Shown: positions 27,800-36,055 of the stretch, one piece after another | Numbering within the stretch: position 1 is the first letter of the stretch | Layout of the letters: every line of letters starts with the position of its first letter | DNA from: Lewinellaceae bacterium | Lineage (GTDB): Bacteria; Bacteroidota; Bacteroidia; Chitinophagales; Saprospiraceae | Direction of reading: 5' to 3' | NCBI GenBank assembly: GCA_020636005.1 | Contig: JACJYR010000006.1 | Span: forward strand, 191,723 to 255,722 | Length of the DNA: 64,000 bases | Translations under genes and position numbers: made by a program | Notes under the pieces: generated by a model | What the model saw: the letters and a program-made list of their open reading frames with translations, nothing else | Database searches by the model: none | What the model was told of the DNA's origin: nothing

Positions 27800-30630
27800 A
27801 AGGCCATTTTCAAGCATTTGCCAGTGCCAGAAGAATCAAAGAACAACCATCCATGCCTCGTTAATGGCATCAACGATACCAAGAAAAACATCCTGCTCTC
27901 CGGCAACCTTATCTTCCCCGCCTTAGTGGCTGTGTCAACGACGCCAAAACGTGGGTGAGCTACCCAATCCGATCCTTCTTTGGATCCTGCGGCTGCTGGA
28001 TGGCGACGCGCAGGCAACCGCCGGTCATCGTGCATGCTAGCGTGTACCCACCTCTGGCCCAGGTTGCCAAGCGGTGACGTCGTTTTCTTTACTATTCCGG
28101 CCATGGTGCTGGAAAAGGCCGACGAATCTGTTTGGGAGACCCTTACTGAGGCGCTGGTCTGCCACATGACCACCCCACTCGCCTGACTTTCTTGCCGGCT
28201 GACAAGGAACTCCGCATTTTGCTGAAAGAATCCTACGATACGACCCAAGCGCACATCGTGACTATTTCGATTGTTGCCATTCGGGCGACAAACACCAGGG
28301 AACCATTTCATCCCAGCGGCAAGAGGGGTAAAAAAGCAAATTGGACCAATTCTTCCCAGCGCCAATGGAACGAATTCATTTTTGCCGACCGCTTCCAGGC
28401 GTTTCTCCAGTTTGCAGGGAAAACATGCAACGAAGTCATCGCCCAGGTTCTTATAATGCAAATAGGCAGCGGCGGAACGAACGGGACGAACTGGCGCTGT
28501 ATGAACGGCAGGTGCATTTCAATTTGTTGAAGACTTTAAATCCTGTGCTACAGCCCCAGCTACCGACCCGCATAGCTGTGCGCAACCAACTGAAATACCT
28601 GGTTCACATCCAAAAGCCGTATTGATATGCCCCGAACCCAACCTCGACCTCCTGGATGCTGGTTTCTTAAAAGCTGGGAGCCTGCGGCAAAACGGCCAAC
28701 CTCGTCTTCAACCAAAAAGGTGGGCTGGCGCATTGACTGTGGCATCTTACACGGCGGACAGAAGGTGATAGAAGTGATGATTGGATAAAACGGCGAGATT
28801 TTCGCTTCCCGGTCGGCAAACGGAACTGGACGGCACTGGTACCCGACCTGCTATAGCCCTTGGAAAGAGGAGTATCTGTAAATTGAGCGGTATTGCCACC
28901 AAATCATACGGCCCATTTAATCAACAAGGATGCTTTGACCAATGATTTCCAGTCGGTCGTAGCAGCGTTGTCTCGCACTGGCAGAAAAATGCGGCATTTT
29001 ATTGCGTTGGAAGATGATGCCTCCTACCCGATTTTTGCCCATCGTTTGAAGGACATGGTGCACTCTGGATAAAGCCGGGCGACCTGTTACGCCCCCTTCG
29101 GCCTATCCATTTTACTTTTTTTGGATAATGAGGGAACAGCAGCAACAATCCGTGCGATTCCTGAACTCATCGAATCGCTGGTGAAGGCATCCATCTGACC
29201 AAACTGGAACCGACTGCAAAAACGAGGGCAAAGCGAGGTGCTGGATGACCAGGCACTGGAAATCTTTCTGCGCATGAACCCCGCGATTTGCACAGAAACC
29301 CCTGATGCCATTTCTTGACCAAAACCAAATTTGCAAATAGTGTATGACGAATTGATCGGCAGCAGCACCAGGTGGGCGGCCATTAAAATAGTGATGAAAC
29401 AAGACGCCCGGGCACCAAGCTCTACGTCGCCCTGTTTCAATAGGCTTATTGATTTCAGCACAACGGCCTGCTGCCTGCTCGAACCCCAGGTGGCTGAAAT
29501 AGGTCTCAGGCTGCCTCTGAAACCGTGCGGATCACCGCAACGGCTCCATGTTCATCAGCCCGGATGAAATAGCCTATTGGTACAACAAGCCCACTTTACG
29601 GACACCCTGAAATTTATCATCGTCAGCACACAGCCTTAGAATTGGATGGCTCTGGAAACGAAACGGCTTATTGGAACCTCTTGACCCTGACAATATTGAA
29701 AATGAAATCAGCAAAGGCGGAATAGACCCGGACGATGGGCAGGAAAGAAGCTGCTCAAAGGTTGAACGCCCAAACCGACCTGAGCTCTCAGAACCCTGAA
29801 TACATGCCGCCCGCCAAAGACGTGGAGCGGATGTTGATGCCAATATGAACTGGCCCATTTGCTATCGGGCTTTATTTTCAAAAAGGTAAAATTTGTAGCC
29901 TTGGATGTCACCTCGATCTGGCATCAAAGGAATTACTCCAGGTGAAAAGGGGCTTTGAACATTCGCCCACCTCCGCCAACCGATGGGCCCATTTCTGGTG
30001 GATGGCGCTATAAAAGCATGATGCAGAAAAACCCAGACTCGCTCTGCGTTTGGCCGAGGGGGCCCCCTGGTTCCAACACCCTTGCTGACAGATATTATTG
30101 ATTACGTTGGCGGTATTACCCCATCTACTGTGTAGCGGAGGCAGGCGACACCATTCGGAATTACCTGAAAGAAGGCGTACTACCTGCAAGCCATCAACAC
30201 AGTGGATCCAAAGGTTTTCCTGATATGGCGGTGGCAATGACATACCTGGCGAGAGTCCATGCCGTTCTCCGCAGGGATTTCCTGAGAGGGAAGGAAAAAA
30301 GCCTGCCCGGTTTTTCACGGCGGCATTTAAAATGAGCCTGAATCGGTGCTGAGATGTATCGCACCTCATTTTCATGGACTTGAAAAAGAAAGCCCGGCAT
30401 GGAAGATTTTCGTACACACATGATTACCCGCACCTGCTACATCCGGCACGAAAAAACGGAGTTGGATAGGCAAGCAATTTCGACGTACGGTGAAATTACC
30501 AGGGAAGGTGATCGCCGGTCTGCCGTACAGCACATGAGCTTAACGAATTCAACGAAAGGCTAAAGGCATTGACAGCATCGGAGGAATTCCGCCAGCAGGA
30601 TTATATTCACCTGCGTAAATAGTAAGGGAC
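27800..30630 (+). pseudogene. ORF-free stretch with coding-like GC. It is probably one or more heavily decayed genes, with a large structured RNA as the alternative.
   Basis: No ORF here has protein-like composition. Plus-strand frames give protein-like runs interrupted by stops and frame shifts, for example LEPLDPDNIENEISKGGIDPDDG, TDIIDYVGGITPSTV*RRQATPFGIT*KKAYYLQAINTVDPKVF and a terminal HELNEFNERLKALTASEEFRQQDYIHLRK*. Sampled lines are about 55-63% GC, against roughly 35-40% in true spacers. Confidence 0.35.
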
Positions 30631-30795
30631 GACCAGGGGACGACGAGACCACCTGAACGACGAGGGTTTTCTGATGTCTCCCTGAAAGTGCTGCAAAAGC
30701 TGGTGGAGGCAAAAGCTGTAAGGATCGAAGGGAAAATAATCCCCGATTTTTACTGCCGAAAATAAGTTTTGATAAAAGAACGCAACGGTTTTATT

Positions 30796-30956
30796 GAAAC
30801 CAAAATGTTGACGCACAACCAAACATGGTTTTTCGAAACACATAGGCACATTAGTGCACATAGTTTTTGCAATAAAAAATTTTATAGCATAAAATTTTTT
30901 ATGGGCTATGTGGTCTATGTTTCTATGTGTTTTGATTAAATAAGTGTTGCGGTTTC
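30796..30956. repeat. Long imperfect palindrome (~160 bp) adjoining family-1 copy 3
   Basis: The outer arms are gaaaccaaaatgttgacgcacaac and gtgttgcggtttc. Inner arms are cacataggcacattagtgcacatag and ctatgtggtctatgtttctatgtg. The core inverted repeat is ataaaaaattttat-agc-ataaaattttttat. Confidence 0.5.
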
Positions 30957-30992
30957 AATCAGTAATATTAATAGCTTATTTTCGGCGGTACT

Positions 30993-31073
30993 CATCGGGA
31001 TTCTTTTTAAAAACCCTTCCAGTGCTGGGGGTTTCAGCATCAAAATGGTGAAGTTATTTTTTCATCGTTACTA
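30993..31073 (-). repeat. Dispersed repeat family 1, copy 3 (reverse orientation, truncated inside the terminal hairpin)
   Basis: The reverse complement reads TTAGTAACGATGAAAAAATAACTTCACCATTTTGATGCTGAAACCCCCAGCACTGGAAGGGTTTTTAAAAAGAATCCCGATG. The second hairpin arm is missing. It lies about 70-150 nt downstream of the stop of 31141..32160. Confidence 0.6.
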
Positions 31074-31140
31074 AAATGAAGAAAATGTTTCATGGCTACT
31101 TTGAATTGATGGTCAAAGAAGCCATGAAACAAAGGAGGCA

Positions 31141-32160
31141 TCAATTAAAGAGGTTGTCGTAAGAAGTCGAGCCGCCGCTGCCCCTGGTTTGTTTTTCCGG
31201 CCTGGAAACTTTGCTGTTGAGATCGAGGCTGTCACTGGAACTGGTTTTGGGCGCCATGAGCATGAGGGTGCTTTTTTCTTCCCATTCTTCCAGCATTTTC
31301 AATCCTTCCTCCTGGAAAACGCCTTGCTGCAAGTCAATGGAATCCATAAAGTTGGCGGACATTTCCATGAAACGTTCCATTTCCCCCACCTTGCTGGCCA
31401 CATCGTCCGCAATGTTTTCGATGGCGGCATCGAACATGGCCCGCTTGTCGGGGTCGCCGGAGATGACGCTCATGGCCGACTTCATGGCGGAGTGGGATGC
31501 CCGAATGGCTTTTCGTTCCTGCTCTTTCAGCTTCACCTGATCCTTGGTGTCTTCCAACAGGATTTCTGAGTTTTTATACATCTTGTCCAGGATGCGGTAG
31601 AGGATCTCCATTTTGTTGTGCAGCGCCTGGTACTTTTCGTTGGTCTCCTGCAGGCGGGCAGCTTTGCGGGTAGCCAGGATGACCTGGCTTTCGTTGTCCT
31701 GCTGTTTGGCCACGCTGGCCAGCTTCAGGTTATTGTTAATCTCCTTTTCGTTGTCCTGCATCAGGGTACTCATCTTGCGCATCTGGCCTTTCAGGTTGCC
31801 GATTTGCTTGCTCATCTTGCCCAGGTTGTCTTCCAGGTCTTCGACATAGCTTTTCAGGATGCCTATCGGGTCAATCTGCACAAATACGCCCGTCATCCAG
31901 CGCATGACGCTTTTGTACATGTACCAAATCAGGTTGCGCATCTTTGGGTCCAAGATGATATAAACCAGGGCAGCCAGGGCCATCAACATCAGCACGAGGT
32001 AAATCGTGTTGGCCGCCAGGGCAATGAGGGCTGGCAGGAACATGTACAACAAATAACCACCGCCCACCAGCAGGGCGGCCAGGAAAATAGCGCCGGTGAC
32101 GCCTTCGGGCCTTTTCCAGAAAGATTTCTTCTCGTAGGTTGGAGGTGCAATATCCGACAT
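31141..32160 (-). CDS. Membrane-anchored coiled-coil protein (PspA/IM30-like or TelA-like helical region; function unknown)
   Basis: It has two N-terminal TM segments (GAIFLAALLVGGGYLLYMFLPALIALAANTIYLVLMLMALAALVYIIL). These are followed by about 230 aa of heptad-rich helix (YVEDLEDNLGKMSKQIGNLKGQMRKM...). Confidence 0.5.
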   Translation of the reverse strand: MSDIAPPTYEKKSFWKRPEGVTGAIFLAALLVGGGYLLYMFLPALIALAANTIYLVLMLMALAALVYIILDPKMRNLIWYMYKSVMRWMTGVFVQIDPIGILKSYVEDLEDNLGKMSKQIGNLKGQMRKMSTLMQDNEKEINNNLKLASVAKQQDNESQVILATRKAARLQETNEKYQALHNKMEILYRILDKMYKNSEILLEDTKDQVKLKEQERKAIRASHSAMKSAMSVISGDPDKRAMFDAAIENIADDVASKVGEMERFMEMSANFMDSIDLQQGVFQEEGLKMLEEWEEKSTLMLMAPKTSSSDSLDLNSKVSRPEKQTRGSGGSTSYDNLFN

Positions 32161-32208
32161 GATGATGGTTTGAAATTGTTTGAATCGTTAGATGATGGTT
32201 TGAAATTG
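32161..32208. repeat. 18-nt direct repeat (two copies, 30-nt period) abutting the start codon of 31141..32160
   Basis: The 18-mer gatgatggtttgaaattg occurs at 32161-32178 and 32191-32208. On the coding strand this reads caatttcaaaccatcatc(N12)caatttcaaaccatcatcATG. Confidence 0.6.
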
Positions 32209-32343
32209 AAAGTCAGCAAGAAGTTTCAAAATGAACCTTTGTCAACCTTTTCAACTTTTACCAACCGTTTTCCAAAACCCGAAAGTACGGCAAATTGATT
32301 TGAGCAAACCATTTGTACCAAGAATTTTCAGACGAAGCGAAGG

Positions 32344-33228
32344 TTATCCTCCATAAATCTCCTTTTTGCTGGCCTTCATGGTGTTCATCAACAGGGACAT
32401 CACGGTCATCGGGCCAACGCCTCCGGGCACGGGGGTGATGAAGCTGCACTTGGGCGCAACAGCTGCATAATCTACATCGCCTACCAGCCGGGTACCTTTC
32501 TTGGCCGTCGGATCGTCTATCCGGTTGATGCCCACGTCAATCACCACGGCACCTTCCTTTACCATGTCACCGGTCACAAAATGCGGGATGCCAATAGCAG
32601 CCACGATAATGTCGGCCTGCCGTACCATGCCCGGCAAGTCCCTGGTGCGGCTGTGGGTGATGGTCACCGTGCAGTCGCCCACCTTGCCCTTGCGGGAAAG
32701 CAAAATCCCCATCGGCGTGCCAACGATGTTGCTTCTGCCGATGATAACCGCATGTTTGCCGGAGGTCTCGATGCCATACCTTTCAAGCATCGTCACGATG
32801 CCAAAGGGCGTGGCAGGTAAATAACAGGCCATGCCGAGCGCCATGCGCCCAAAGTTCACCGGGTGAAATCCGTCCACGTCTTTTTTCGGATCAATGGCCA
32901 GGGTGATCCTTTCCTCGTTGATGTGCCTGGGCAAAGGTAGTTGCACGATGAAGCCGTCAATATCAGGGTCGTTGTTGAGATCGTGGACAGCCTGGAGCAG
33001 TTCGGCTTCAGTGATGCCCTCCTCTTTTTTCACCAGGGTGGATTTGAAACCTACTTCTTCGCAGGATTTCACTTTGTTGCGCACATAAACCTGGCTGGCA
33101 GGGTTCTCGCCTACCAGCACAGCGGCCAGGTGGGGGATTTTGCCTCCGTTCCTTTTGACTTCCGCCACTTCCAGGGCGAGCTCGTTCTTGATGCGCTGGG
33201 AAAGATCTTTTCCATCTAAAATGGTCAT
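32344..33228 (-). CDS. folD: Bifunctional methylenetetrahydrofolate dehydrogenase/methenyl-THF cyclohydrolase
   Basis: FolD signatures are present: ILDGK, LAAVLVGENPASQVYVRNK, DGFHP.N.G, VIIGRSNIVGTPM and TPVPGGVGPMT. Confidence 0.93.
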   Translation of the reverse strand: MTILDGKDLSQRIKNELALEVAEVKRNGGKIPHLAAVLVGENPASQVYVRNKVKSCEEVGFKSTLVKKEEGITEAELLQAVHDLNNDPDIDGFIVQLPLPRHINEERITLAIDPKKDVDGFHPVNFGRMALGMACYLPATPFGIVTMLERYGIETSGKHAVIIGRSNIVGTPMGILLSRKGKVGDCTVTITHSRTRDLPGMVRQADIIVAAIGIPHFVTGDMVKEGAVVIDVGINRIDDPTAKKGTRLVGDVDYAAVAPKCSFITPVPGGVGPMTVMSLLMNTMKASKKEIYGG

Positions 33229-33407
33229 AATTAAATTGGCAGTTTGTGGTGGGCAGTGAGCGGAGAAAACAGCGACAATGCCTGGACCTTGTATTGAAAA
33301 CGCTAAAATAGGAAAGGAGGCCTTTCAAAGAAGTGCGTTTTGAAAAAAAAACACAAGCTAGCAACCAGGCACTTTGGCAAAAGTATCTTTGCTCAGTGGA
33401 AGGGCGG

Positions 33408-34238
33408 TTAGGAATAGGCCAATTTTCCTGGAATAAATATTGGCCTGGATTCCACTTTTTTGAAATTGGATACCGCCATTGCCGGTATCTTCAATTGGTA
33501 TTTCAATTGGCGGAGGTCGGGCAATGCCTCGATGCACATCACGTATTTCGAAGCCGGCGTTTTTTTCAACCCCAGTGAGTTGACGATGGCACATACCCAG
33601 GACGGAAGGTAACGGTTGAACTTGATTTCCAAAATAAAATGCCCCTTGTTGGCAGGATGGATATGTGGCTCATCGAATAAGCCACTTGTCGCCGGTTGGG
33701 CCACTGCCCGCAGGTTTTTGTCAAATGTGATGCGTAGGTTGTTGTCCTTGTCCCTGGCCAGGGCATGGAAGGGTTCCCTGTCGTAAATTACCGTCACAAC
33801 GGGCTGCATTTTCCTGGCGTGCAGGTTGTATAAAAAACGGCTTGCATTTTCCCTTGCTTTCCCGCCTCCTTTGTCGCCAAAATCTATTGTTTCGAGGGGC
33901 TGGCTATTTTCTAACAGCCGATTGGCAGATTCAAACATCAGGGCCGACCTGTGTTTCAGCAATGGCCCGCCCATCTTCTTTTTGATTTCAAAAAAAACGG
34001 TAGCCCCGGGCGAGCCTTCGTCGTATCCACGAAGCCGGACCTTGTCACGGTATTTCACCCCCTCGATCTTTTGTTGGTAACACTCCATCTGTGGCGTATC
34101 GAAGTAGATGCTCCGGACGGTGTATTCCCCGCCGCTTTTGGCCGCATGGCCGTCGAGCTCCAGGTAGGGGGAAAACAATTGCTTCAAGCGGCCTAACTGT
34201 TCGTTCGGGACGATGTACTTGTATTCGTAGCGCAGCAT
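33408..34238 (-). CDS. VTC-domain (polyphosphate polymerase-like, CYTH-related) protein
   Basis: The N-terminal MLRYEYKYIV..., then ...VRSIYFDTP....Y..K..G...R.K.R.R.Y and later ILEIKF match the bacterial VTC domain pattern. Confidence 0.8.
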   Translation of the reverse strand: MLRYEYKYIVPNEQLGRLKQLFSPYLELDGHAAKSGGEYTVRSIYFDTPQMECYQQKIEGVKYRDKVRLRGYDEGSPGATVFFEIKKKMGGPLLKHRSALMFESANRLLENSQPLETIDFGDKGGGKARENASRFLYNLHARKMQPVVTVIYDREPFHALARDKDNNLRITFDKNLRAVAQPATSGLFDEPHIHPANKGHFILEIKFNRYLPSWVCAIVNSLGLKKTPASKYVMCIEALPDLRQLKYQLKIPAMAVSNFKKVESRPIFIPGKLAYS

Positions 34239-34300
34239 AGTGTTTGGTTTATAGTGTAAAATGGTATAGATGAATCCTTGTGGTTAAAGCAGTTCCGACG

Positions 34301-34337
34301 CTCCTGCTTCGGAGGGTATATTGCTCCGAAGCAGGAG
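34301..34337. terminator. Perfect 14-bp hairpin downstream of the HlyD-like gene
   Basis: The hairpin is CTCCTGCTTCGGAGggtatattgCTCCGAAGCAGGAG. It has no clean T-run, so it may be a stability or termination element. Confidence 0.5.
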
Positions 34338-34404
34338 CTTCGGAGTACGATCTCATTTAGTACCTGCAAAGTGTTTTTTGAAAAAAAAAAGAACCTGAAT
34401 AATT

Positions 34405-35463
34405 TTATTCCCAATCCAAAGAGCGCCGCAGGAATTCCGACACCCTGACCTCTCCGCCGCTGAGGCGGCAACGGAAGGGGGTTCCTTTGGGCATCTTGGC
34501 GGAGGTGACCAATTTTGCAAAAACAACCTGGCGCCGGTCGAGCACCTCTACCCTATCGCCGATTTCGGCCACCCTGGCTACTGTGGCTGTTGGCAATTGA
34601 CTTGCGGCCAGGGTGAGTTCCGTTTCCATCCCAACCTGAAAATATCGGCTGTGGCGCAATTGGACAGGAGCCAGCAGTACGGTTGCCGCGGTATCCTCCA
34701 ACACGAGTTTGTCGCCCAGCGGCGTTTGCTCGAAGCGGGCCAATCCGCCGAAGGGGGCCGTAATGGCCAGGCGGCCCTGCCTGTTTTCAAGAAAATTGAT
34801 TTCCTGCTGAAGGGATGCTACCTGGGAGCCGGCGAGCCGCTGCGACTCCTGCTTGTCCCCGGTATCGGCGGCGGCCAGGGCTTTTTTGGCAATGTCCACC
34901 TGGATATGGGCTTCCTGGTAAGCATTTTCTGCTGCTTCCAGATCAGTTTTTGCCACCAAACCTTCCGCAAAAAGCTGCCGGGTGCGCTCAAACTGCTTTT
35001 GTTTCAAGCTGCTGTTTTCCTCCGCCAGGGCTATTTCGGCTTCCAGTTGTTTGATGATCTGTGGTTTCTGCCCGGTGGCTACTACCTGTAGGTTAGCCTT
35101 TTCGATGGCCAGTTGGTTTTTGAGCTGCACAAGGCGCTCGCCAAGCTGGCTGGACGTGAGGATGGCCAGGGTGTCACCTGGCAGGACGGCACATCCTTTT
35201 CCGCCGGCAATGGAAGGGTTAAACTGTACCTCCACGACGTCACCCCTTTCAAAGTTGAAAGTTTGGCTGGATTTGACGGCACCGGTCAGGTGATCGTTCC
35301 AGGAAATGGACAGGGTTCCATTTGGGTCTTTCAACAAGGCCCATTCCTGCAAGGGCATGGAACGGCACATGGTATCAAGCGTAAAAGGAATATCAACAGG
35401 GGAAAAAGCAAGCAAGGCCAGGACGGCCAGGACTAATAAGCTGGTGTAGCGCTTCATGTTCAA
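34405..35463 (-). CDS. HlyD-family membrane-fusion (periplasmic adaptor)-like protein
   Basis: It has a signal/anchor (YTSLLVLAVLALLAF) and a lipoyl-like segment (GDVVEVQF...VLPGDTLAIL). A long alpha-hairpin follows (LVQLKNQLAIEKANL...ALAEENSSLKQKQFERTRQLFAEGLVAKTDLEAAENAY), then a beta-barrel (LAITAPFGGLARF). No partner transporter gene is adjacent. Confidence 0.7.
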   Translation of the reverse strand: MNMKRYTSLLVLAVLALLAFSPVDIPFTLDTMCRSMPLQEWALLKDPNGTLSISWNDHLTGAVKSSQTFNFERGDVVEVQFNPSIAGGKGCAVLPGDTLAILTSSQLGERLVQLKNQLAIEKANLQVVATGQKPQIIKQLEAEIALAEENSSLKQKQFERTRQLFAEGLVAKTDLEAAENAYQEAHIQVDIAKKALAAADTGDKQESQRLAGSQVASLQQEINFLENRQGRLAITAPFGGLARFEQTPLGDKLVLEDTAATVLLAPVQLRHSRYFQVGMETELTLAASQLPTATVARVAEIGDRVEVLDRRQVVFAKLVTSAKMPKGTPFRCRLSGGEVRVSEFLRRSLDWE

Positions 35464-36055
35464 GTGTTTGATTGTTGGGGGGCAAACAGGAAAATAAATC
35501 CCTAGTGGTCAATAGCGGACGTAGTTTTAAAACCCAAAGTGTTGATTAAAGTCAAATCACAGAACCATTCGTGTTTCCGTGAAAACCGTTAGGGTGTTCA
35601 AAAGCTAAAGTTTGGGAATTGGTGGAGCAAGTGAGAATCAGTGTGGAAAAGCAGTGGGGAGTAAAGGGCAAATTATTTTATCCTTAGAAAAGCCCTTTGG
35701 AGGGAGATGCAAAATTAATCCTAAAAATGAAAGTTGCAAATCCATGAAAATGGAAAGGTCTAATTGCCGGATGGAAAACCCTACCTTATACCTTGTATTT
35801 TTCAAAACCAATTATTTCTCAACTAAATTTTCAATCAACCATAAAATTCTGGTGGTCAAGCCTATTGAAGAATGATCTATTTCATCCTTGCCCTTTTTCA
35901 AGCTTTCTACAAGAAGCAGATCCATACAAGAGATAGAAAAAATAATAAATTTGCAATTCCTTCTCAAACACTTCTGGTCCATTCTCCACATTCCCCCCTT
36001 TCATTGATGTTTTCCTGTTTTTAACATGTTGTGCCCCCAGCCAAAACTTACTACT

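Noticed and set aside
27790-30417. Minus-strand ORFs of 223 aa (27790..28461), 124 aa (29087..29461) and 169 aa (29908..30417) in the ORF-free region.
   Set aside because: Their composition is rich in Arg, Cys, Trp and Ser, with no motifs and no signal of coding periodicity. The plus strand looks more protein-like but is interrupted, so the region is reported as a decayed or non-coding block instead.
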